From the NCBI RefSeq assembly GCF_000281045.1, contig NW_008246103.1, positions 88,582-152,581 on the forward strand: DNA of 64,000 nucleotides, given 5' to 3'. The notes beneath the pieces were generated by a model. It saw nothing but the letters and a program-made list of their open reading frames with translations, did no database searches and had not been told where the DNA came from. This document shows, in pieces, positions 1 through 11,146 of this stretch. The position numbers were made by a program, and so were the translations under genes. This stretch comes from Saprolegnia diclina VS20 (lineage: Eukaryota). Position 1 is the stretch's first letter. Every line of letters begins with the position of its first letter.

Positions 1-1793
1 GGCGTGTTCCACGCAAACGTTACCAGTCGCGTTGACGCGTTGCAGCCTTGGTACGTGTACGAGACGCTGCTTTGGAGTGTGCAGAGAGGCAGCGGATCGA
101 CCCAGTCGCTCCACGTGACGTAGTTGTTTTGGACCCACTTGCAGGCGGACGTAAACACGGGGTCCGGTACGGATGCGTCCTTCTTGAACGCAACGTAGTC
201 CGAGAAAAGCTGGTCCATATCAAGGGGAGCGATCTGCATATTCATGAGAAAGTCCATGAGGAAGGCGTCGCCCGTGATGATCTTGGATATGTAGCGCACA
301 AGCGGGGTGAGCGGATAGTCGGTTGCGAGGGGATTCGTCGTGGGCTGGCCGTAGCCGTTCTCGCCAAAGCTACCAGTGGCCGCCGCGATGTTGGCCGGGT
401 CCGACTGCGGAAACGTCACGTGCGTGAAGGCGCCTGGGTGCTCGTAGAAGAGGATGTCGGGCTCAAAGTCGTAGAATGCGACGGCGCCGCCTGCTTTCAT
501 GGTGTTCACGACATAGGCAAGCATGCCGTCGTATCCGAGGAAGCAAAAGTAGGCCGGGATGTTGTTGTTGCTCATCATGGCCTGGACAAAGCCGGGATCG
601 TACCCTTCGTCCATCATCGCCACCATCATGCAGCTTTTGCCTGCATCGAGTGCGATAATTAAGACCATCAGCAGCAATCATTTGGCACCGTTCTGCTCGT
701 TGAGCGTGCACGCGTAGGACTTGGAGCAGCCGTTGCGGCACCCAAACGAGTTGTCCGGACACGAGCTTTGCTGCACCAGCGGCGCCATTTTGATTTGGTT
801 GTACCCAAAATACTGGATCACTTGGTCGCTCCAGTAGTAGTCACGCCAAAAGTCAAGTGCGAACGGCTTGGAAAAGGTGCCTGTCGCGTGGATAGTATCA
901 AGTCAGTATCAATTTGATATATGCGTTGTACTACCTTTGGTCGAAGCACTTCCTTTCAGCGCTTCGACGACGTTGTCCGTGAGTGTGTACAGTCCCCCCC
1001 TGCCAAAAGTTTGGGACCTCGTATGGTGGAAACCAATACATACATGCCGTTGTAGCCAGTGGTCGTCGGCATTGTCGCGTTGGCGTACACATTGAGCGTC
1101 TTGAGCTTCCCACTGGTCCACACTTCGGAGTTGATGTGCGTTGGTGTGCAGTGGCTGAGGCCTTGAAACGACATGCGTTGCGCGCAGTTCAGGCCACCGC
1201 CAGTCTCAAACGTAGTGACGCCATACCCGAGCTAGTTTGGCAACATGATCCTATCGTTGGCTCTCACAAGATTACCACTTCTGTGAGCAAGATGCTAAGG
1301 ACGACGCGCGAGAGATCGTGCGACTGCCACCCGTTGCGCTCGAGGATCAATGTGCCGTTGAAGACACCAGGAAAGGCCTGCGACCCATTCGCATAGACAG
1401 TCTCGCCCAAACCGTGCATGATTTCGTTGGAAGCCATGCAGGAGCCAAAGAGGTTGGGGCGATTCATGCGAGGGTCCTGGACCTAAGGCGACATGAGCCG
1501 TGGACAGCACACACAATGTTTGCGGTACCGTGAAGCGGGGCACTTTCATACCCGGCTGCAAGAAAGGGTTCACGCGTCGGTTCTGGGCGTCCCGCACGTG
1601 CGGATCGAGCTTGTACGTCGCGGCCGTGCGCTGCACCCACGCCGCATCCAAACACGAGCCCCGCTGCGACTCGAGAAGCGACGGGGTCGGTGTCTCTGCG
1701 GACGACATCTACAGCCGCCAAGTTTGGTAGAAAGAGATTTCGAGCGACAAGAACCTTGAGGCCTAGAAGCGCAACGAGCAGGGAGCTTCGCAT
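1..1793 (-). CDS. Class C-like GPCR paralog 1 (signal peptide + solute-binding-like ectodomain); multi-exon, truncated at window start
   Basis: ATG 1793 MRSSLLVALLGL (hydrophobic leader). Exons collinear with paralogs 2 and 3 (CLDAAWV, LILERNGWQSHDL, MSFQGLSHCTPTHINSEVW, ACKWVQNNYVTWSDW). The 7TM part lies outside the window. Confidence 0.75.
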
Positions 1794-2055
1794 CGGTGGT
1801 GTTTCTCGGCTAAATCACAAATATAGACGGGACGTGCGACGCCTCGCGCTAACCGTTTCGTTTGTATTTCTTGAAGAGCCGATTTCGTGCATGGAAGCAC
1901 TGCGTTGCCTTCCAGCCGTCGACACCAAGTCAAACAACGAACGAGCCTCTGCCTCCTTTTAAGTTGCGACTTCTTAACGCACAACGTCTTTCAAGTATGT
2001 ATACGCTAGCTGCAAGAGATTGCCAGATGTGGGATGGTTCACGCGTTAAAAAGCA

Positions 2056-5000
2056 TCACTTTGGTGCGCCGTGGACATTTTTCGTCGATTTCGTTCCGCC
2101 AGGTTTTGTGCCTGTCGTGGTGCCAGTCGACTTCAAGTCGGCGAGGTTGAGGCGCGCAAACTTGGGGCCGAGCATGAGCCCCATCACGACGAGCTACGCG
2201 CGTCATAGTTCACGACCACCAAAATCTACCTCCCGTACCGTGCACACGAGCGTAATCACCGAGCAAAACGCAAAGCTCGTCGTCGCCGGCAATTTCACCA
2301 GATACGAAAGCGGAATCAGAAAAAGCGACCCCATGAGCACGACACACGCCGCCGAGAAGATCCACATAGACTCCTGAAAGTCGCCGTCGTCGTGTCGGAT
2401 AAGAAATGAGACGTAGAGGCCAATGAACGTGATGACAGCTTTCCAAAACATGCAAAGCGCGGGAAAGATAAAGCTCGACGAGTGNNNNNNNNNNNNNNNN
2501 NNNNNNNNNNNNNNNNNNNNNNNNNNNNNNNNNNNNNNNNNNNNNNNNNNNNNNNNNNNNNNNNNNNNNNNNNNNNNNNNNNNNNNNNNNNNNNNNNNNN
2601 NNNNNNNNNNNNNNNNNNNNNNNNNNNNNNNNNNNNNNNNNNNNNNNNNNNNNNNNNNNNNNNNNNNNNNNNNNNNNNNNNNNNNNNNNNNNNNNNNNNN
2701 NNNNNNNNNNNNNNNNNNNNNNNNNNNNNNNNNNNNNNNNNNNNNNNNNNNNNNNNNNNNNNNNNNNNNNNNNNNNNNNNNNNNNNNNNNNNNNNNNNNN
2801 NNNNNNNNNNNNNNNNNNNNNNNNNNNNNNNNNNNNNNNNNNNNNNNNNNNNNNNNNNNNNNNNNNNNNNNNNNNNNNNNNNNNNNNNNNNNNNNNNNNN
2901 NNNNNNNNNNNNNNNNNNNNNNNNNNNNNNNNNNNNNNNNNNNNNNNNNNNNNNNNNNNNNNNNNNNNNNNNNNNNNNNNNNNNNNNNNNNNNNNNNNNN
3001 NNNNNNNNNNNNNNNNNNNNNNNNNNNNNNNNNNNNNNNNNNNNNNNNNNNNNNNNNNNNNNNNNNNNNNNNNNNNNNNNNNNNNNNNNNNNNNNNNNNN
3101 NNNNNNNNNNNNNNNNNNNNNNNNNNNNNNNNNNNNNNNNNNNNNNNNNNNNNNNNNNNNNNNNNNNNNNNNNNNNNNNNNNNNNNNNNNNNNNNNNNNN
3201 NNNNNNNNNNNNNNNNNNNNNNNNNNNNNNNNNNNNNNNNNNNNNNNNNNNNNNNNNNNNNNNNNNNNNNNNNNNNNNNNNNNNNNNNNNNNNNNNNNNN
3301 NNNNNNNNNNNNNNNNNNNNNNNNNNNNNNNNNNNNNNNNNNNNNNNNNNNNNNNNNNNNNNNNNNNNNNNNNNNNNNNGGCGTGTTCCAAACGAACGAG
3401 ATGAGGCGAGTTGCCGCGTTGCAGCCTTGGTACATGTACGAGACGCTTTTCTCAAGCGTGCAGAGAGGCAGCGGCATGATCCAGTTGCTCCACGTGATGT
3501 AGTTGTCTTGGACCCAATGGCAAGCCGCGGCAAAGGCTGGGTCTGGGACCGTTGGGTCCTGCGAATGGTCGACATAGCTTTCAAGAAGATGGGCGAGGTC
3601 GAGTTGTGCGAGTTGGAGCTGCGTGACAAACGAAGTGAGGCGCGTGTCGGCCTTGAGCACCAGCGAAATGTACTGCAGAAGCGGCGTCATGGGGTAGTCT
3701 GTCTTGATCGGGTTCGTCGTTGGTTGGCCGTACCCGTTCTCTCCAAACGAGTTGGTCGAAGCCGCAAAGTTACTGGCGTTTGAAGTTGGGAACGCGATCC
3801 GAGTGAACTTGCCGGGGTGCTCATAAAAGAGTGTATCGGGCTGGAACTCGTAAAAAACGACAGCGCCACCAGCGTGCATCACCGATGTGACGTAGTTGCG
3901 CATCTTGGCATCGCCGCCAAAGCAAAAGTAGGCAGGAATATTGTTGTTGGACACCAGCGCTTGGATGAATCCAACATCGTACGCAGGGTCCATCATGGCC
4001 ACGAGCATGCACTGCTTGCCTACGCCGGCGTTGAGCGTTTGCACATGAAAGACATTGCAACTCTGCACCTTGCGTTTCGGCTTGGGTGCACGCGTACGAC
4101 TTGGAGCATCCGTCAATGCAGCCAAGCGTGCCATTAGGGCACATGCTTGGAATAACGAGTTGACTTAGGTTGGCATGCGCCATCGAGTAAAAGTTGATGA
4201 CCTCGGTAACGCTGGCGTAGTCGCGCCAATAATCTGCCGCATAGGGCTCCGAAAACGACCCTATTCGTACTGTTGAAAACCACGCCGCAGGTACTGGTGT
4301 ACCCTTTGTCGATGCGGATCCTTTGCTCATTTCACGAACGTTATCCGTCAGTGTATAGAGCCCGCTTCTACGTAACTTGCCTTCAGCTTTGAGAGAGACG
4401 CGCACAAGCACGTACTGGCCACCATAGCCCGTTGTAGTACGCTTGGTCGAGTTGGCAAACACCTCGATCGTTTTGAGCTTGCCGTTGGGCCAGACTTCAC
4501 CGTTCACGTGCGTTGGTGTGCAGCGTCCGAGGCCTTGAAACGACATGCGCTCGGCGCAGTTGATCCCATCTGCTGTGTCCAGGATCGAGACGCTGTATCC
4601 GACCTGTAGCGTCTGGATGGGCATCTTGTTTTGATCCTCAAAACGTCCTACCACTTCGTCGAGGAGGATGCTCAGGACGGCGCGGTTCACGTCATGGGAT
4701 GCCCATGCGTTGCGCTCGAGAATGACCGTGCCGTTGACGACGCCAGCGTATGCTTGTGACCCGTTTGCGTACACGGTCTCGCCAACGCCATGGATGACTT
4801 CACCTGGCTGCATGCACTTTCCAAAGATGTTTGGAATGTCCATGCGCGGGTCCTTGACCTATTTCAGACTGAGTCGCCGCTACGAATGAGAAGAGCTCAC
4901 AAAGAAGCGCGGCGCTTTGAGCGCTGGCTGCAGCAGCGGGTTCACTCGGCGGTTTTGGCTGTCGCGACCGATTGGATCAAGATTGTGCGCTGTCGCTGTG

Positions 5001-5160
5001 CGTTGGACCCAGTCCGCATCCAGACACGTGCCTCGCTGCGCATCGAGAGCGGAAGGCTTAACGCTGCTGGCTGCGACCTACGTTTCATGAAGAGGCTAGC
5101 ATGCGTACCATGCACACGTACCTCGAGGCTCCATAGCGCTAACGCAACCCAGCAACGCAT
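2056..5160 (-). CDS. Class C-like GPCR paralog 2; multi-exon, interrupted by N gap
   Basis: ATG 5160 MRCWVALALWSL. Ectodomain exons homologous to neighbours. After the gap HSSSFIFPALCMFWKAVITFIGLYVSFLIRHDDGDFQESMWIF (TM5-6, 7tm_3-like), then LGPKFARL...HGAPK stop at 2056. Confidence 0.8.
2485..3379. other. Assembly gap (N run)
   Basis: Run of N. Confidence 1.
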
Positions 5161-5588
5161 CGGCCCGGCTAATTTTGAAATGCTAGGCGCCGTTCGTTTC
5201 CCATTTCTATTTCAGAAAGGTGCAGACCAAACGTGTGTGTAGTAGCCACACTCACGTAGCTATCACCGTCGACAACTACGTCGAGTTCAAGTCGCGTCAA
5301 CAGCATGAGAGGCATTGATATGCTCGGGAGTTGTCCTCTGATGTTCTTTATTGCTGGAGGCGCGAGCTCTTGCTTTGTTCTGGCGCGTGCAAGACGGCAC
5401 ATAAAACTGTGGATTCGTTCAGCTAGCAATCATGTTATCGAGCCTTATCTCTAGTACCAAATTGCCTGTTTGCTGGGTTATCGGTGCATACCAGGCTATT
5501 CTACGCGCTATGACGAACTCGATGTGGGTTTACTAGTAAAAAAATGCATATTTGAAATACATTTTGCCTTTTGCAGTGCAATCGCACA

Positions 5589-8500
5589 TCAGTGGGGCTG
5601 CACGTCGTGGCCACGAGCTGACGACACGACACGAGACGCGCTAATTGCGCTCGAGTTGACCATGGACGTCTTGGACGTCTTGGACCCTTTTGTTGCTTTC
5701 GTGCCGTTGGTCGCTCCAGTTGTATCGGTCGTCAAGTCTTCGCGGTTTAGCCGCGTAAACTTGGGTCCGAGCATGAGTGTCATCGTGACGATCTACACTT
5801 CATACATTTACTTGCACTAGGGCATAATGAAACAGGTACCGTGCAAAAGAGGGTGATGGCCGACAAGAAGCCGTACGCTGCGGCGGCCGGTAGGGCGACG
5901 AGGTATGCCATCGTCATCATGAGAAGCGAGCCCACGAGCACGACGCACGACGCTGAGAAGATCCAAATCGACTCTTGAAAGTCCCCGCTCACGTGCCGGA
6001 TCAAAAACGACACATAGAGACCCACGAACGTCACGACCGCCTTCCAGAAGATCGAGAGCACGGGAAAGATGAAGCTCGACGAGTGGCACTCGACGTGGAC
6101 GACGGTGCCCGTAAACTCGGACGCAGCTGCCGCGAACGTGGACGGTCCGGGAAACTCGGCAAGCAGCCACACAACAATGATACCTACAACCACAGAATGT
6201 ATTTAGCACACTCCTGGGTCAGATGAGAAAAGTGCGCTACCAATGTCGACACCGACAATCGCACTCAGAATGTTCAACATGCGCCAGACCGATACGACGC
6301 GCTTCTTCATCGCCTTGTTTTCAAACACGAGGTAGACGCGGAGCGACTTGACGAGGAGCGACCCAAAGCAGAGCGTGTACCCGAGCGAGCCCACAAACGG
6401 CCGCGCGCCGCAGAGAAAATTGGACGGCGCACCGGCGCCAAGCAAGACGTAGGCGCAAATGAGGATGCCGCCGAGAAGCAGCAGCAACAAAAGGTGCCAC
6501 TGCGATCGTTTGATGACGGGCTTTTCTCGAAACTTGAGCACCAACGCGACGAAGACAACAAGAATCACGAGCACAATCACGGTAATGGTGGCAATCCCCG
6601 TGTAGACCTAGCATCAACGCATCGAACAAACGTTTCAACTGACGGTAAAACGTACGCCAGAGAATGTCGGGACGTAATCGCAGGCGACGGTGGTATTGGA
6701 CGGGAGAGAGACGCCGTTGATGCATTCGCCGCTCACGAGGTAGTTGGTCGCGCTCGGGAGCAGCCAGAAGAACTCGACGTTTCGGATCGAGCTGCTCGTG
6801 CACTCGGAGACCGAGTAGTTGTAAAAAGACAAGTCGCACGTCGGCGGTGACGTGAGCCAGAGCCCCCAGAGTGCCGTGTTGGCGGCGAGCCACTCGCACG
6901 ACCGGCTTGTGTAGAACGGTGACGGTAAGGTGCCAAAGCCACCGTCGCAGTCGTACGGTTGCGAGCTATTGGCGGGGTCGGGCGTCGTCCACGCAAAGGT
7001 CACGGCCCGGGGTTGCGACGAGCTGTTGCAGTTGGAGAAGCTGTAGCGCACGTTGGTGCCCATCGTGCACAGTGGGAGGCGATCGACCCAGAGATACCAT
7101 TTTGCATAGTTCTTCTTGACCCAATCGCACGCGACAGCATATTCGACGTCTGGAAGGGCGGCGTTGGACGCGTTGCTGGCATATGCCAGTAGCAAATTGT
7201 TGATGTCTAGCTTGGTGAGCTGAAACTTGCGCAAAAAGTTGTTCAAGTTGGTCGAATCCAAGAGGTAGTTGGAGTAGTACTTCATGAGCGCTTGCTCGGG
7301 AAAGTCGACGCTGACCGGGTCCGGCGATGGCAGCCCGAATCTAGTGCGTTGGTTGTTCAACTTGGCTGTGACTTGACAGGATCGTACCCATTTGAGCCGA
7401 ATTGACCCGTGGCGAGCGCGACCATTTCGGGCTTTGGCCGCGGCAGTGAGATGCGCACAAACTTGTCGGGGTTGGCAAAATGAAAAATGTCGGGCTCGTA
7501 GTGGTAGAAGGTGATAGCGCCGCCGCTGGCCATCGTGCTCGTTACGAGGCTGCCCGTTGGCGCGTAGCCAGAGTAGCAAAAGCGCGCGGGGATGTTGTTG
7601 TTGCCGATAGCTGACTGAAGATATCCCTGGTCGTCCGTGCCGTACTGACCAGCTACCAGCATACACGTCTTGCCTAAAACCACATAAGCTAGAAAACGAG
7701 CCGGTGCACGAATATGTGTACCCTGGGCGAGTGCGGCGGTGCAAGCTGCGGTCTGCGAGCAGCCATTGAGGCACCCATACGTCCCGTCTGGGCACGCGCT
7801 CTTTTGCCCCACTTGGCTCAGATCAAAGTTGGCCATCGAATAAAAGTTGATCAAATCTGAGCCCAAGGCGTAGTCCCGCCACCAGTCGGCAGAGTAAATG
7901 CGGCTAAAGGTCCCTGCACCGCGTACATCACGTATAGCTTAAGCACCGCTCTGCGTACCGACGGTGGACGTGGGTCCCTTGAGCGCTTCTTCGACGTTGG
8001 CTTTGAGTGTGTAGAGTCCTGATCTATCCACGCGGCAAATCCATTAGCTCCATGGGTATCTTAGCATGGCGTTGGCCGCACTGGCCGTTGTAGCCAATCG
8101 AAGACGAGCTCGTTTCGTTGGCGTATACGTTCAAAAGGGCCATCTTGGAGCTCGTCCAAACTTCGGGACTGACGTGTGACGGGGTGCACACGCCCGCGCC
8201 GACAGACGACATGCGCTCCGTGACGCCGAGGCCGCCGCTCGTTTTGAAGAACGACACGGGGTATCCAACCTGTGGATAGTTCTGAGTCCTCGCATAAAAG
8301 GCAGAGTGCATACCACTTCCGAGACCAAGATGGAAATGATCGACGCCGTTAGCGTCTGGGACTGCCACGTATTGTACTCGAGAACAAAGGATCCGTTCCA
8401 GGAGCCCGTCGAGGCGACCGAGCCGTTGGGAAATACGCGCTCGCCAATGCCGTGGATAGATTGACGCGACTTGAAGCAACCCGGCTGAAACGCACCTGGA

Positions 8501-8800
8501 GAGTGCTGCCGAGGGTCGTTGAGCTACAAATGCGATATCATTTACTTCAAGCAACACAGGATGCGCACACCGTACCGTGAAGCGGGGCTCCCGAAGTCCC
8601 TGGCGCAACAAAGGGTTCGCTCGGCGGCGCTGGCCATCGAGAGCATCGGGGTCGAGGTTGAGCCGCTTGGCTGTTGCAGCGACCCAATCGGCGTCGAGGC
8701 ACTTGTTTAGGCGCCGCGCCTCAAAGACAGAGGGTGACGTCGTCTGCGCTGCAGTCTCCAAGACAGCAGCCAGAACGGCTGCAAGCCAAAGGACAAGCAT
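5589..8800 (-). CDS. Class C-like (GABA-B-type 7tm_3) GPCR paralog 3, complete; multi-exon
   Basis: Signal peptide MLVLWLAAVLAAVL, ectodomain, two Cys-rich repeats, then LKFREKPVIKRSQWHLLLLLLLGG...LCGARPFVGSLGYTLCFGSLLVKSLRVYLVF...LIRHVSGDFQES...LGPKF, which match class C 7TM motifs. Confidence 0.85.
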
Positions 8801-9613
8801 GGGCGATGCGCGGTTCGCTTGGACGAGTGCGTTTTGGTGCAAATTTCGCTCGTGTGCTGAATCGAACTTTAGAAGAAAACACTGGATCGTGCAAAGATAC
8901 CAAAGATATGGCCCAAATGGTGCCCATACGCACAACTACGTAAGTCGAATGACAAGGCGAGTGTTGATTTAGACGTGCTTGGCATATAGCACGCTCGGCG
9001 CAAAGCTACATGGTGTCCGCGCCAGTTCTTGCAGCTTTGGACATCTCGGTGGGTGTAAAGTCGTTGTGGCGTGCAATAGAGCGACGCCGGTTGCCATGAC
9101 GACATATTCGATCGTCTCCGCGGCAATCTCGACATGAGGAGGAAGCGGTGCTTGGATTTGGATGTCGATATTTTCAGTGACGTGGCCTGAGAATCCGCGG
9201 AAGCCCCCCGTTTGACCTTCAACAAACTGGTGGCTCCGATTCGCAACGTCCAACCCGTTGGGCTTGCGATGCACACCGCACGCTTGCGTTCTGCTGCTGC
9301 GTTGTCTCGCTTAGGACGGAGTAAAGTGCTTGCACGACGTCAAAAGATTTGCTTGGCGAGGGGTCGTGGCCATCGGTGCCAAAGGCACGACTTGGCGCTT
9401 CAACCTTGAACCGACCAGGTTGCATCGTGTCTTTTTCTGGATTTCAGCCAATCAGGTGCGTCGCCACGCCACCAGCGGCTACGTGGGACCACGCGGGTGG
9501 GCGTTCATTTCAGTGGCCAATCACGCGCCGTGCAATGTGGAAATGAAATCTTTTTGGCCAATGGCCGTTGGGCATTACGGATGTTACAGCCTAGTGACTT
9601 TGTGGGGCAGGTT

Positions 9614-9629
9614 GCCATTCGCGAATTTG
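9614..9629 (+). promoter_or_regulatory. Oomycete initiator/FPR-like core promoter of Sec61 alpha
   Basis: GCCATTCGCGAATTTG just upstream of the ATG, with several CCAAT boxes at ~9448-9562. Confidence 0.5.
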
Positions 9630-9643
9630 CCCCGTCGTCACCC

Positions 9644-11059
9644 ATGGGTCTCCTCCAGCTCGTGCGCCCGATGCTCAGCGTCCTCCCCGAGGTCGCGAGC
9701 CCCGACCGCCGCATTCCCTTCCGCGAGAAGGTCGTGTGGACAGTCATCGCGCTCTTCACCTTCCTCGTCCTCTCGCAGCTGCCCATCTACGGCGTCAAGA
9801 ACACGGGCACCAGCGACGCCTTGTACTGGATGCGCGCCATCATGGCCTCGAGCCGGGGCACGCTCATGGAGCTCGGCGTCGGCCCGATCGTGACGTCCGG
9901 CCTCATCATGCAGCTCCTCGCCGGCTCCAAGGTCCTCGACGTCGACCAGAACATCAAGGAAGACCGCGCCCTCTTCTCGGGCGCGCAGAAGCTCTTTGGC
10001 ATGCTCATCACGGTCGCGCAGGCCGTCGCGTACGTCATGTCGGGCATGTACGGTGATGTCAACGAGATTGGCGCCGCCAACGCGATCCTCATCATTGTCC
10101 AGCTCTCGTTTGCGGGCTTGATCTTGATCATCCTCGACGAGATGCTCCAGAAGGGTTACGGTCTCGGCTCGGGCATCTCGCTCTTCATGGCCAGCAACAT
10201 TTGCCAGAACATTGTGTGGGACACGTTCAGCCCCGTCTCGATCACGACGGGCCGCGGTACCGAGTTCCACGGCGCTCTCATTGCGTTCTTCCACGTGCTC
10301 TTCTCGCGCTCCAACAAGCTCTCGGCGCTCAAGGAGGCGTTCTACCGCCAGAACCTCCCGAACGTCACGAACGTGCTCTCGACCGTGCTCATGTTTATCG
10401 TCATCACGTACGTCCAAGGCTTCCGCATCGACCTCCCGGTCAAGTACCAAAAGTACCGCGGCCAGCAGGGCTCGTACCCGATCAAGGTTCTGTACACGTC
10501 CAACATGCCCATCATCCTCCAGTCGGCGCTCGTCTCCAACTTTTACTTCGTGTCGCAGCTCCTCTTCAAGAAGTTTGGCGACAACATTGCCATCCGTCTC
10601 CTCGGCGTGTGGGCCGACGTCGAAGGCTCGAACGGCGCGCTCCCGATCAGCGGCCTCGCCTACTACATCTCGGCGCCGTCGTCCGCGACCGAGATCCTCT
10701 TTGACCCGATCCGCGCCGTCGCGTACGTCACCTTTGTCCTCGCGTCGTGCGCCTTCTTCTCGGCCACGTGGGTCGAAATCTCGGGCTCGTCGTCGCGCGA
10801 CATTGCCAAGCAGCTCCGCGACCAGCAGATGGTCATGAGCGGCTACCGCGACTCGTCGATGGTCCACGTGCTCAACCGCTACATCCCGGTCGCGGCCCTC
10901 TTTGGCGGTGTGGCCATTGGCGTCCTCTCGATCATCTCGGACTTCCTCGGCGCGATCGGCTCGGGCACCGGCGTCCTCCTCGCGGTCACGATCATCTACC
11001 AGTACTTTGAGGCGTTTGCGAAGGAGCAGACGGACCTCTCGTCCATGTTTGGCTTTTAA
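9644..11059 (+). CDS. SEC61A: Protein translocon subunit Sec61 alpha (intronless)
   Basis: [89 protein letters not shown]. Confidence 0.98.
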   Translation: MGLLQLVRPMLSVLPEVASPDRRIPFREKVVWTVIALFTFLVLSQLPIYGVKNTGTSDALYWMRAIMASSRGTLMELGVGPIVTSGLIMQLLAGSKVLDVDQNIKEDRALFSGAQKLFGMLITVAQAVAYVMSGMYGDVNEIGAANAILIIVQLSFAGLILIILDEMLQKGYGLGSGISLFMASNICQNIVWDTFSPVSITTGRGTEFHGALIAFFHVLFSRSNKLSALKEAFYRQNLPNVTNVLSTVLMFIVITYVQGFRIDLPVKYQKYRGQQGSYPIKVLYTSNMPIILQSALVSNFYFVSQLLFKKFGDNIAIRLLGVWADVEGSNGALPISGLAYYISAPSSATEILFDPIRAVAYVTFVLASCAFFSATWVEISGSSSRDIAKQLRDQQMVMSGYRDSSMVHVLNRYIPVAALFGGVAIGVLSIISDFLGAIGSGTGVLLAVTIIYQYFEAFAKEQTDLSSMFGF

Positions 11060-11146
11060 ACAGCCATAGATGTGTTCCACTATACCATACTACGACTAGG
11101 CCAATAGAGACCCACCCTTTTTCTGTACGACAATCTTAGTCGCTTT

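Noticed and set aside
2203..4134. Long ORFs spanning the N run
   Set aside because: Artefacts of translating Ns
9497..9643. N-terminal extensions in the ORF track for Sec61, H3, H4, H2B, COPE and DnaJ
   Set aside because: Run through CCAAT/initiator promoter sequence; the conserved proteins begin at downstream ATGs
9638..11080. 480-aa antisense ORF over Sec61 (similar ones over ferric reductase, COPE and histones)
   Set aside because: Shadow ORFs produced by strong GC3 codon bias
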